Origin: Actinomycetales bacterium
GTDB taxonomy: Bacteria > Actinomycetota > Actinomycetes > JAJZTN01
Assembly: GCA_051960855.1 (NCBI GenBank)
Contig: JBQCDV010000155.1
Location: forward strand, 1 to 63,847
DNA: 63,847 nt
Direction of reading: 5' to 3'
Shown: piece after piece, positions 39,517-48,490 of the stretch
Layout: each line of letters begins with the position of its first letter
Position numbering within the stretch: position 1 is the first letter of the stretch
Position numbers and translations under genes: made by a program
Notes under the pieces: generated by a model
Databases searched by the model: none
Seen by the model: the letters and a program-made list of their open reading frames with translations, nothing else
What the model was told of the DNA's origin: nothing

Positions 39517-40833
39517 CTACTGGCTGCGCTTCTGGTCGACGATCTTCTGGGCGTCAGCGGCGGCCTGCTGGGGGCTCTTGCCACCGACGACCGCGATGCA
39601 CGAGCCCTCGACGGCGTTGCGGATGTCGAGGTTGTTGAACTGGAACCGCGGTGCGAGCAGCGTCTTCTTCTGCAGCCACGGACTGATCGCCTTGAGGTCC
39701 GGGTTGGTGTAGTCGACGTCCTTCACGCTGACGTTCTGGCTGGTGCCGTTGGCGTACACGCCGGCGACCTCGGGCTGCGACAGGTACTGGAGCCAGGCGA
39801 GCGCCGCACCCTGGTTCTTCGACGCACTGTTGACGCCGAGCACGAAGGTCGCGTTGTAGATGCCCTCGTACTTCGCCTTGTCAGCGCTCGTCGTGATCGG
39901 CGAGAGCAGGTTCATCGGGAACTTTGCACCGAGTCCGCGCACGGCGGCGATGTGGTACGACCCAGTGGCGAGCATGCCAGCCTTGCCGGTGGCGAAGATC
40001 TGCTGGCAGGGCTCGACGGCGGTGCCCGTGCTGTTGGGCTGGAAGTACGGCCGCAGCTGCGCGTACTGCTGCAGCGTCTTGAGGAACCAGTCATCGGTGC
40101 ACTTGTACTCGCCCGACTCGATCTTGGCGCACATATCGTCGGAGGGAGCGTTGTTCATGACCATGGAGTTGAACAGCTGACCAGCGTTGCCGGCGTCGCC
40201 GCCGGGCCACGCGATCGGGACCAGGCCCTGGGACTTCAGCTTGTCGCACAGGGCGAGGAAGCTGTCCCAGTCCTTCGGTGGCGTGCCGCCGTCGGCCTTG
40301 CTGATGATGTCCTCGTTGGTCACCGGCATGTTGAAGACGACCTGGTAGGGGAAACCGAGCTGCTTGCCGTCGACTTTGCCTGAGGAGATGAGAGACGCCT
40401 CGTAGTTGGAGACGAACGGCTGGCTCGACAGGTCCGTGTAGATGCCCGCCTTGACCATGTCGACGAACTGGGCACCGCGGAAGGCTGTGAAGACGTCGCC
40501 GACCGCGCCTCCGCGGATCCGCTGGAGGGCCGAGGACTGGTAGTCATTCGAGGGCGAGATGTCCTGCGTGACCGTGACGCCGGGGTTCTTCTTCTGGAAG
40601 TCAGCGATCATCTTGTCGAAGACGGCCTTGTCCTCCGCCCGCCAGTGGGCGAAGGAGACCTTGCCTGACGCCTTTGCACCGGACGCCGGCGCGGACGGCT
40701 TGGCCGCCCCTGTTGCGCCACCGCTGCTGCTCCCACCGGGGCCAGCGCACGCCGCCAGCGCGAGTCCCGCGCCGGTGGCGCCGAAGAGCTTCAGCAGCTG
40801 GCGTCGCGACAGGGCGTTTTCGTCGTTGCTCAT
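39517..40833 (-). CDS. CUT1 ABC substrate-binding lipoprotein (Tat-type signal)
   Basis: LSRRQLLK + LAAC lipobox; extracellular solute-binding family features. Confidence 0.92.
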   Translation of the reverse strand: MSNDENALSRRQLLKLFGATGAGLALAACAGPGGSSSGGATGAAKPSAPASGAKASGKVSFAHWRAEDKAVFDKMIADFQKKNPGVTVTQDISPSNDYQSSALQRIRGGAVGDVFTAFRGAQFVDMVKAGIYTDLSSQPFVSNYEASLISSGKVDGKQLGFPYQVVFNMPVTNEDIISKADGGTPPKDWDSFLALCDKLKSQGLVPIAWPGGDAGNAGQLFNSMVMNNAPSDDMCAKIESGEYKCTDDWFLKTLQQYAQLRPYFQPNSTGTAVEPCQQIFATGKAGMLATGSYHIAAVRGLGAKFPMNLLSPITTSADKAKYEGIYNATFVLGVNSASKNQGAALAWLQYLSQPEVAGVYANGTSQNVSVKDVDYTNPDLKAISPWLQKKTLLAPRFQFNNLDIRNAVEGSCIAVVGGKSPQQAAADAQKIVDQKRSQ

Positions 40834-40891
40834 CGATCTGTCTCCTCGTGCGGTTGACCTACCTGGATGGGCCGTGGTGTGACGAGGCGTC

Positions 40892-42391
40892 TCACCACTC
40901 GATGACGCGAATGCCGCAAAGGTCGGCGGCTTGGCGCAGCGCGGGCCGGACGTCCGTCCAGGCCAGCACGGTGTGGTGCGGGAAGCCGCCGGTCACCAGG
41001 CCGGCAACGAACTCCGCTGCCGGAGCCGACAACCGGACGGCCGCGGTGTTGCCCTGGAACCGGTTGGGCTCCGGGATCGACTCTCCTGACGCGATCAGCA
41101 GGCGCAGCCCGGTGGCGCTGTCCGGGTCTGGATCCTCGGTAATCCGAGCCATCACCACAGGGCCGGTCTTGAGCGGGAAGTTGCCCGCGACGCCGATCTT
41201 TCGGTTGCAGTGCACGGACTGGGTCGCCGCCTCAGGGTCGGCGGCGAGCGACGTCGCCGCCGAGCCGCAGTGCCAGACGCGGACGACATTGGCGTCGGCA
41301 TCGAGGTCGACGGTGTCGACGAGATAGGTCGTGCCGCTGCCCAGCGCCTCCAGCAACAGCATGGTCACGGTGCCGTAGACATCGCGCTCGCACGCCGTGG
41401 GGACGCCCTCGTCAGCCAAGCGCGACAGCGCGGAGCAGGGGCAGACACCTAGCTGGGTAGGAAACTCCGGCCAGCAGCGCACCGCGATCCCAGACAGGAC
41501 GTCTGCTGCGCTCCAGCCACGCAGCGCGCTAGTGACTGCGGCGAAACGCCGCACCTGCTCGGGGTCGAGGTCAGCGAGACTCGGCCGGGCCGCCAGCGAG
41601 GCGCTCTGCTCGGCGTCGACGCCGGCGTCCGGCACCGCGCGCGCCAGGTCGAAGGCGTCCTCGACGCCGATCTCGTCCACCTGGAGGCCGAAGACGTCGG
41701 AGAGGACGGCGGCGTCGTACTGGCTGGGGGTGAAGCCGGGAGGGGCGTCCCCGACCAGGCCGATCCGCTTGCCGCGCAGCGAGTCCAAGGCCGGGCGCAC
41801 GGACTCGGAGTCCGCACGCTCGCGCTGCTCCGTCGGAAGGGCCGGCGCCTCGGGAAGCTGGCCGCGCAGCGCAGCCTGCAGCGCCGCCCGCACGTGCGGC
41901 TCGCCCGGGTCGCCGTAGAGTAAGCGCACGGCGCCTCCCGCGCGCACGAGGGCGTGGCCGAAGAGGTTCGCCCCACACAGGGAGTTCAACCAGAGCCGGT
42001 CCCCCACCGGACCGGGCTCGCGGAAGGACCAGAGCAGGACGGGCCGGTCGAGGTCGGAGTAGAGCCGTAGTGCGGGAGTCGCGTCGGAGAAGGACGCGCA
42101 CACGTTGAGGTAGAGCTCGGCATCCGCGCCGACGAACGACGCCGCGGCCTCGACATCCTCCGGCGTCATGACGAGCTCGGTCGGTCCGCTCACCTGCGCG
42201 CCCAAGTCGGTCAGCAGCTGCCGGGCGGCCTCGGCGCGCTCACGTGCGGTCTCAACGGCGAAGGTGGGACGGGCGGTGGCCACCATGACGACGCGGGGAC
42301 CGTCGCCGGCGGCGTTCGGGGAGTGGGTGAGCGACGACGGCGCGCTCGGCACGGTCGCAGCGGCCTCGGCGGGAGTCGTGGGGGCGGTCAT
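40892..42391 (-). CDS. L-fucose/L-arabinose-isomerase-fold sugar isomerase (SqvD/SftI-like; probable sulfoquinovose isomerase)
   Basis: NSLCG, AVRCWPE, ACERDVYG, WHCG, FPHH; ATGA overlap with the aldolase; substrate inferred from context. Confidence 0.8.
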   Translation of the reverse strand: MTAPTTPAEAAATVPSAPSSLTHSPNAAGDGPRVVMVATARPTFAVETARERAEAARQLLTDLGAQVSGPTELVMTPEDVEAAASFVGADAELYLNVCASFSDATPALRLYSDLDRPVLLWSFREPGPVGDRLWLNSLCGANLFGHALVRAGGAVRLLYGDPGEPHVRAALQAALRGQLPEAPALPTEQRERADSESVRPALDSLRGKRIGLVGDAPPGFTPSQYDAAVLSDVFGLQVDEIGVEDAFDLARAVPDAGVDAEQSASLAARPSLADLDPEQVRRFAAVTSALRGWSAADVLSGIAVRCWPEFPTQLGVCPCSALSRLADEGVPTACERDVYGTVTMLLLEALGSGTTYLVDTVDLDADANVVRVWHCGSAATSLAADPEAATQSVHCNRKIGVAGNFPLKTGPVVMARITEDPDPDSATGLRLLIASGESIPEPNRFQGNTAAVRLSAPAAEFVAGLVTGGFPHHTVLAWTDVRPALRQAADLCGIRVIEW

Positions 42392-43320
42392 CGCGCGGAC
42401 ACTGCCTCGTCCACGACCTGGCCGAGCCGCTGCAGCCGCGCGACGGCGTCCTGCTCGAGGGAGGCCCGCACGTCGGGGGCAGCGATGCACGCGCGCCAGA
42501 CCGCACGCCCCGCCAGGAAGCCGGAGGCGCCCGCTTGGATTGCAAGCTGGACGGCTCGGGGGAAGACGTCGTCCTTAACGCCGGAGGAGAGCACGACCCA
42601 GGGTGAGGCGACCGCCTCGGTGATCTGGGCGCACTGGCGCGACACCTCGGCCTCGTCACCCTCACCGTGCAGTGGTACCTCGGCCTTGTACAGGTCCACC
42701 CCGAGGTCGCCGAGCTCACGGGCCGCGGCAAGGATGCCGTCGCCCCAGTCCCAGGCGCGGCCGTCCAGCGGCGGGCGGGAGACGGGCTCGATGATGCTGA
42801 CGAGCCCGGCTGTCTGGCAGCGAGCACGGAAGTCCTCGACCATCGCCGTGCGCTGCTCGGGGTCACCGTCTGGTCGCCAGATGACCAGGAGCTTCGCGGC
42901 GACCGCGCCCTGGGCCGCGTAGTGCTCGAGGTCCACCGCGTCGTCGATGACCGCGTCGCCGACGACCTCCTGCGGTCCGGGGATGAAGTGGTCGGCCGCG
43001 ACGATGAGGCCGCACCCGGGGGCGACGACGCTCTGCTCGAGGGCCTGGTCAAGCACGAACTGCTTGTCGAGCAGGACGGCTGAGGCGTAAGGCGTGAGGA
43101 TGCGGGCGGCCTCGAGCTTGAAGGCAGTGACATCAGCGTCGGGGATGTCGCGCTGCTGCTGCTCGGCGAGCATGCCGCGCAAGGCCTCGCGCTGGTCGAC
43201 GGCCAGCATCGCGAAGGCGCCAGAAGGGCGACGCAGGTCGTCCAGTGAGGCCCGAGAGGTCCGGTCGTGCGCGGGTGCCACGTCGGTCGAGCTGGGGGAA
43301 GCGGTCAGAGGGTCGGGCAC
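42388..43320 (-). CDS. yihT: Sulfofructose-1-phosphate aldolase (class I)
   Basis: SGAFAMLAVDQREA, FK..AA..L.PYASA.L.D.QF, LIVAAD.FIPG, KLLV.WR.D, GLVSIIEPV.RPP, DLYK.E.PL.G.G, PWV.LSSGV...FPRAV..A..AGASGFLAGRAVW; matches the E. coli YihT pattern as I recall it. Confidence 0.88.
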   Translation of the reverse strand: MPDPLTASPSSTDVAPAHDRTSRASLDDLRRPSGAFAMLAVDQREALRGMLAEQQQRDIPDADVTAFKLEAARILTPYASAVLLDKQFVLDQALEQSVVAPGCGLIVAADHFIPGPQEVVGDAVIDDAVDLEHYAAQGAVAAKLLVIWRPDGDPEQRTAMVEDFRARCQTAGLVSIIEPVSRPPLDGRAWDWGDGILAAARELGDLGVDLYKAEVPLHGEGDEAEVSRQCAQITEAVASPWVVLSSGVKDDVFPRAVQLAIQAGASGFLAGRAVWRACIAAPDVRASLEQDAVARLQRLGQVVDEAVSAR

Positions 43321-44237
43321 GGTGAGCTCTCCTCGAGGGTCGCGGCCAGGGCAGCCGCCTCGTCGTGAGTGGGGATCCGGGATCGGCCGTCGAGACCGCG
43401 GCAGGACAGGGCGGCGACGGCGTTGGCATAAGCCAGCGCGCGGGGCAACGGCTCGCTCCGCGTCGCGGCTGCGACGAGCGCACCGTGGAAGACGTCGCCC
43501 GCACCGAGGGTGGAGACGATCTCGAGGGAGGCGCCTGGCACCTCGGCCCGCTCACCGGCGGCACTTCGTCCGACCGAGCCGCGGCCCCCGCGAGTGGCGA
43601 CGACGAGTTGGGCGCCGTCATCCAGGCTGCGCGCCAGGGCACTGTCGAGCTCGTCCACTCCGTAGCGCGCCAGCAGCGACTCCTCGGTCGGGACGTCCAG
43701 GGCGACGCCGCGCGGCTGGTACCCGGGGATGGTGTTGCCGCAGTCGACGCTGACCTGAGCGTCGGTGGACACCGCGTGACGCAGTGAGGTGAGAGCCGGC
43801 CAGCCCAGGTGGTCGACGTGGACCCAGCCTGCCGCGGCGAGCAGCTCGGCGACCGGGCCGGTTGCCTCGAGGGCCAGCGGCGGCTGCGGCCGCGTGCAGA
43901 TCGCCCGGGTCCCTCGGCCGCGGTCCACGATGACGACACTGACGCCGGTCTGGGCGCCCTTTCGGCGGGTGACCGCGCTCACCCCGACGCCCTCAGCGAC
44001 GAGGTCGGCGACGAGCCGCTCCCCGATCTCGTCGTCCCCGACCACTCCCACGAAGTGAACGTCGCGGATGCCCAGGCGCGCAGCGGCAACTGCGGCCGTT
44101 GCTGCCGGACCTCCGCCTGCGACGACGATGTCGTCGGCCACGAGCCGCTCGTCGGGAGCGGGGGTGTGGTCCGTCAGGGCGATGGTGTCGAGGGTCGAGA
44201 CCCCGAGGAACACGACCGGGCCCACTGTCACTGTCAC
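43305..44237 (-). CDS. yihV: PfkB sugar kinase, YihV-like sulfofructose kinase
   Basis: GGGPAATAAVAAARLG, GVVGDD, STLGAGDVFHGA; adjacent to yihT. Confidence 0.78.
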   Translation of the reverse strand: MTVTVGPVVFLGVSTLDTIALTDHTPAPDERLVADDIVVAGGGPAATAAVAAARLGIRDVHFVGVVGDDEIGERLVADLVAEGVGVSAVTRRKGAQTGVSVVIVDRGRGTRAICTRPQPPLALEATGPVAELLAAAGWVHVDHLGWPALTSLRHAVSTDAQVSVDCGNTIPGYQPRGVALDVPTEESLLARYGVDELDSALARSLDDGAQLVVATRGGRGSVGRSAAGERAEVPGASLEIVSTLGAGDVFHGALVAAATRSEPLPRALAYANAVAALSCRGLDGRSRIPTHDEAAALAATLEESSPCPTL

Positions 44238-44261
44238 CGTCCTTCTGCCGAGCGAATGATG

Positions 44262-44293
44262 AGACAGTAACAACGAATGTTGGAAAGTCAACA
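44262..44293. promoter_or_regulatory. SQ-operon promoter with overlapping palindromic operator candidates
   Basis: Minus strand TTGACT-N16-TACTGT; overlapping CAAC-GAAT-GTTG (44271-44282) and TGTTG-GAAAGT-CAACA (44278-44293). Confidence 0.6.
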
Positions 44294-44397
44294 CTCTCGC
44301 TACGATGAACTTCGGGGTTCACGGCGCAGGCGCGTTGGCACCTCTCGGGAGCGGGCAGCGTGCCACGCTGTCGCGAGAAGGTAGGAGGTCGCGTGCG

Positions 44398-45225
44398 ATG
44401 AGCACCGAGGTGTGGCCCGAGCAGGCCGTGGCCGGCGGCTCGATGCGGTACGACCGCGCGCCCGACCGCCGTGCCCGCATCCTCGAGACGGTGGCGGCGC
44501 ACGGCTTTGTGTCCGTCACTGCCCTGGCCGCAGATCTGGGCGTCTCGGACATGACCATCCGGCGCGACCTTCGACGCCTGTCCGCCGCCGGCGAAGTCCG
44601 CGTCTTCCACGGCGGGGTCAGCCTCCCCCACGCCACCCTGCGAACCTCGGAGTTCGTCTCACGGGCGGAGTCGAATGCCGAGGCCAAGAGCCGCGTCTCG
44701 GAACGGGCAGCACAGCTGGTGCGCGAGGACGACGTCGTAGCTATCGACGCGGGGACGACCGCCTTCGGAGTCGTCACTGCTCTGCCACCGAGCTTCCGCG
44801 GGACTGTCGTCACGCACTCTGTGCCGGCGATCCAGCACCTCCTGCATCGCCCGGACGCCCGGCTGGTGGGGCTCGGCGGCGAGCTGTACCCGCCGAGCCA
44901 GGCCTTTGTCGGCCAAGCGGCCGTCGACCAGGCGCAGCACGTCCGGGTGCGCGTATTGATCCTCGGCGCCGCAGCGGTCGACGCACGCGGCGTCTATGCA
45001 GAGGCCGATGTCGAGCGCAGCGTCAAGCTCGCCCTCATCGACGCCGCCGACGACGTGGTGCTCGTCGTCGACTCGACGAAGTTCACCGCGAGGGCGTCCG
45101 TGCGGCTGTGCGGACTCGAACGCCTCACACACCTCGTCACCGACGCTCCGCCTCCCCCGGCGCTGCGGCGCCAACTGCGTCAGGACGCCGTCGAGGTCAT
45201 CCTCGCGGCGCCCGCCACCGCCTGA
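44398..45225 (+). CDS. DeoR/GlpR family regulator (CsqR-like position)
   Basis: RRARIL..V...G.VSV..LA..LGVSDMTIRRDL, IDAGTT, DSTKF. Confidence 0.93.
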   Translation: MSTEVWPEQAVAGGSMRYDRAPDRRARILETVAAHGFVSVTALAADLGVSDMTIRRDLRRLSAAGEVRVFHGGVSLPHATLRTSEFVSRAESNAEAKSRVSERAAQLVREDDVVAIDAGTTAFGVVTALPPSFRGTVVTHSVPAIQHLLHRPDARLVGLGGELYPPSQAFVGQAAVDQAQHVRVRVLILGAAAVDARGVYAEADVERSVKLALIDAADDVVLVVDSTKFTARASVRLCGLERLTHLVTDAPPPPALRRQLRQDAVEVILAAPATA

Positions 45226-45229
45226 CGCG

Positions 45230-45667
45230 CTACCGCAGGGCGTCGAGCACCTTGTCGATCCGCCGCTGCCTCGTCGCCTCGGACTTGGCCTCAGCGACCT
45301 GTCTCGCGAACTCCTTGCGCTGGCTGTACGAGCGCTGCTCGAAGCCCTCAGTGAGCCCCGCCTCCTGCAGTGCAACGGCGAGCTCCTGCGGGACGTGCAC
45401 CTCGCGCGGCCCTTCCTCGAGGGCAAGCGTCACGGTGACGCGATCACCGGCGGCGAGTCCGGCCGCCTCCCTGTGGGCCTTGGCGAGCGGCAGGAGGACC
45501 CTGCCACCCATCACTCCCGGCGTGCTCTGGTAGCGGTAGCCGTTGACGTCCACCACGACCGGCGGCCGCTTGCCACCGCCGAGCTCGGCAAGGTTGGCCT
45601 CCGGCACCTCGATCCCGGTGTTGTTGCCCAGCCCCAGGACCACGGTCTCGAACGTCGTTGTCGACAT
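45230..45667 (-). CDS. DUF1905 + YdeI/OmpD-associated domain protein
   Basis: TGIEVP, RPPVVV.VNGY.Y.ST, VPQELA.AL, YSQRKE...V.EAK..ATR.RRI. Confidence 0.85.
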   Translation of the reverse strand: MSTTTFETVVLGLGNNTGIEVPEANLAELGGGKRPPVVVDVNGYRYQSTPGVMGGRVLLPLAKAHREAAGLAAGDRVTVTLALEEGPREVHVPQELAVALQEAGLTEGFEQRSYSQRKEFARQVAEAKSEATRQRRIDKVLDALR

Positions 45668-45785
45668 GCTCGCCTCCGTTATCGGCGGGGTGATCCGCTA
45701 CCGCTGGCGACCGATGCTGCCACGTCCTGGGTCGCCCCTGGGCAATCTGTCATCGTGTGCCTAGCACCACGGGAGGGGCGAGGGC

Positions 45786-46508
45786 ATGGCGTTGTCAGCG
45801 GAGGCGATCACCGGGACCTTCCGGGCGATCGACCTCGCGGGCGTCTTCGCCAACGCCGTTCTGGGTGGCGTGCTGGCTCGACGTGAGCGCCTCGACCCCG
45901 TGGGCTTCGCAGCGCTCGCCATCCTCTCGGGGCTCGGGGGCGGACTGCTGCGCGACACCCTGCTGCAGCACGGCACGCCGATCGCGCTGACCGACTACGC
46001 CTACATCCTCACCGCGCTCGCAGGCGCGGTTGTAGCGTTCGCGATGGACCTCGAGGGACGGCTGTGGGACCGGGGCTTCCCCTGGGTCGACGCACTGGCG
46101 CTCGGTTGCTGGGCCTCAGCCGGCGCCCAGAAGACCCTGGGCGTCGGGCTTGGGTGGCTCCCGGCTGTGCTGCTCGGCACCATCACCGCGGTCGGCGGTG
46201 GGGCCGTGCGCGATGTCGTGCTGCGCCGGGTGCCGGCGATCTTCGGTGGCGGCACCACGCTGTACGCCACGTCGGCGCTACTCGCCAGCGGTGTGATGGT
46301 CGCCCTCGACTACGCCGGTCTCGTCACTGTCGGCCTCGTCGCCGCCACCGTCACCGGAGCCGGCCTGACCCTCCTCGCGCGCCACCGGGGCTGGCAGCTG
46401 CCGGAGGCGAACCCCTGGCGCCCAAGCACCGTGCTCGTGAGCAGGCGGGGCCGCCGCCCCAGGCGCGAGCTCCGCCGCCGGCGTCGGCCCACGCGCCGAC
46501 GTTCGTGA
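45786..46508 (+). CDS. TRIC/UPF0126 family membrane protein
   Basis: DLAGVFA, GLGGGLLRD.LL, DALALG, TAVGGG.VRDVVL. Confidence 0.88.
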   Translation: MALSAEAITGTFRAIDLAGVFANAVLGGVLARRERLDPVGFAALAILSGLGGGLLRDTLLQHGTPIALTDYAYILTALAGAVVAFAMDLEGRLWDRGFPWVDALALGCWASAGAQKTLGVGLGWLPAVLLGTITAVGGGAVRDVVLRRVPAIFGGGTTLYATSALLASGVMVALDYAGLVTVGLVAATVTGAGLTLLARHRGWQLPEANPWRPSTVLVSRRGRRPRRELRRRRRPTRRRS

Positions 46509-46621
46509 GGAGGTGGTCAAGGCAAGCGGGCCGCCGACGGGACATACCCCTCGTGCCGGACTCCGTCGTCGACTGCCGCGGGCAGACTCAGCCTGACGAC
46601 GCGGAGCCACAAGGAGCTCAG

Positions 46622-47044
46622 ATGACCGAACCCCTCGATCCTGGTCCCTTCTTCCACGGCACGATCGCGGACCTGCAGGTGGGCGACCTGCTGACAGCGG
46701 GGCACCGGTCGAACTACCGGCCTGAGATCGTGATGAACCACGTGTACTTCACGTCCCGGATCGAGGGCGCGGACCTCGCCGCGGAGATCGCCGCTGAGCT
46801 GGCAGGAGGAGCTCGTCTCCCCCGCGTGTACGCGGTCGAACCGACGGGTGACTTCGAGGACGACCCGAACGTCACCGACAAGAAGTTCCCCGGCAACCCG
46901 ACCCGGTCGTTCCGCAGTCAGGCGCCACTGCGCGTCATCGGGGAGGTCACCGACTGGCCGCGGCTGACCCCGGAGGAGCTGCAACTGTGGCGGGAGCGGC
47001 TGCAGGTGCTCCTGTCCAGCGAGGGTGGCGAGATCATCAACTGA
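46622..47044 (+). CDS. arr: NAD+--rifampin ADP-ribosyltransferase
   Basis: PFFHGT.ADL..GDLL..G..SNY, MNHVYFT, VYAVEPTG.FEDDPNVTDKKFPGNPTRS.RS. Confidence 0.95.
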   Translation: MTEPLDPGPFFHGTIADLQVGDLLTAGHRSNYRPEIVMNHVYFTSRIEGADLAAEIAAELAGGARLPRVYAVEPTGDFEDDPNVTDKKFPGNPTRSFRSQAPLRVIGEVTDWPRLTPEELQLWRERLQVLLSSEGGEIIN

Positions 47045-47066
47045 CCACGCGACAAGCCCGCCAAGG

Positions 47067-48257
47067 TCAGATGCAGCAGCAGCACACCGAGTCACCCGTC
47101 ATCGAGCTGCAGCACGAGCTCAGACAGCAGTCGCAGGCGCACAGCTCGCAGCAGCAGCAGGGGCTCGGCCCCACGCTGCGATAACGGCGCCGGTAGCCAT
47201 ACGGCGGCGGGTAGCCGCCGTAGCCGGGGTCGTAGCCAGGCGGGTAGTAGCCACCGCGGCGGCGCCGTCGGGGCGGCTGACCAAACACCCCGAGCAGAGC
47301 CGTCACCAGCACCACGGCGACACTGCCGACTGGCACCCGGGGCCGCGGCACCGAGGCATGCCGACGGTCGTGACCCGCCTCCAGCTGACCGTCGTGCCCG
47401 GCCTCCGCCCGCTGCGGATCCACCGGCTGACGCTGTCGCACCGCAGCCGACAGCACCGGTCCGAGCAGGACGTCCACCAGCGCGGAGTCTCGGAACTCCA
47501 CCCCGTGCAGCGCCTCGACGACCTCCGCCCGCAGCGCCTCGGCCAGCTCCGCAGCGGCGGTGGCCGACGTGCCCGTCGCGACCAACGGGTTGAAGTGCCC
47601 CGACGCCACGTCCTCGACGACGTCGTCGATGGCGTCACAAAGATGGACCAGACGGCCGAAGGCGTCGCCCGCCCGTCGCAGCGCGTCGGCATTCGGCGCC
47701 AAACCGGCGACGACCGCGGTGTGGGCGAAGAGCTCGCCGACGGCCGCACCGGTGGGCGCGAGCAACTCCTCGAGGGTGGCCTCCGTGCGCCGCTCGACCT
47801 CGAGCGCCCCAGCGGCCGCCAGATCCAGAACGTCGTCAGCGAGCGCCACGTCCGCCGCCATGCGGGCGCCGTCCCGCCGGAAGCGATCTCCGGACCGCCC
47901 GGCCACGCCGCGGGCGCCGCGTGGCAGGTCGCCGTCAGCCAACTTGTCGGCCAGCCCCGCGGCCCCCGACAGCAAAGCGCCCGCGGCGGCTAGCTGAGCA
48001 CCAGCCGAGTCGGAGGCGATGACGCTGGCGGGAAGGAAGCCGCGCAGCGGACACGGACCGGCGTCGCTGCGTGGGAGGGGGCCCTGCTGTGCCTCCACGA
48101 GCACGGACAACAGGAGGACGTCGTAGCCGGTCAGGCAGCGCGCCAGCTGGCCGGAGCCGTCCCGCAGCGTCAGGCACAATCCGCACAAGTGCGCTCGCCA
48201 CCGCTCGTGGAGCTCGTCGGTGAACTGGTGGCGGCACGGCCGCAGCAGACCTCGCAT
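47067..48257 (-). CDS. DUF5685-type protein with TM helix and Cys-rich C-terminal tail
   Basis: G.LRPCRH...W.AHLCGLCL.LR..GQLAR...YD.LL.S.L, FGRLVHLCDAIDD; tail CCCCELCACDCCLSSCC...CCCC. Confidence 0.8.
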   Translation of the reverse strand: MRGLLRPCRHQFTDELHERWRAHLCGLCLTLRDGSGQLARCLTGYDVLLLSVLVEAQQGPLPRSDAGPCPLRGFLPASVIASDSAGAQLAAAGALLSGAAGLADKLADGDLPRGARGVAGRSGDRFRRDGARMAADVALADDVLDLAAAGALEVERRTEATLEELLAPTGAAVGELFAHTAVVAGLAPNADALRRAGDAFGRLVHLCDAIDDVVEDVASGHFNPLVATGTSATAAAELAEALRAEVVEALHGVEFRDSALVDVLLGPVLSAAVRQRQPVDPQRAEAGHDGQLEAGHDRRHASVPRPRVPVGSVAVVLVTALLGVFGQPPRRRRRGGYYPPGYDPGYGGYPPPYGYRRRYRSVGPSPCCCCELCACDCCLSSCCSSMTGDSVCCCCI

Positions 48258-48309
48258 GGCACGGCCCTGCCCCACGACGCACGACGCAAGCGCACTGCGT
48301 CCGAAAGGC

Positions 48310-48490
48310 GCCGGCCGTGCAGGGTCACGAGGCGGAAGGGTGCGGTCGGAAGCCGCGCGACCGGTCGTGACGAAGAACTCCTTGAGCGCGCCGGGAACCG
48401 CGATGCCGAGCAGCGTGGACGCCTCCGAGTCGACGCGAAAGGTGTGCGGCAGCCCCCGGGGCGCCCAGACGAAGGCGCTGGTCCCCGCGG
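48310..48490 (-). pseudogene. Remnant of a cupin (QueD-like) gene, C-terminal half only
   Basis: Reads AFVWAPRGLPHTFRVDSEASTLLGIAVPGALKEFF; no in-frame ATG/GTG upstream before a TGA near 48575. Confidence 0.6.

Noticed and set aside
42388-44237. Tagatose-6-phosphate (LacC/LacD) pathway
   Set aside because: The aldolase motifs (AMLAVDQREA, AADxFIPG, SIIEPV) are YihT-type, and the TauE/ALDH/SqvD-like neighbours fit sulfoglycolysis
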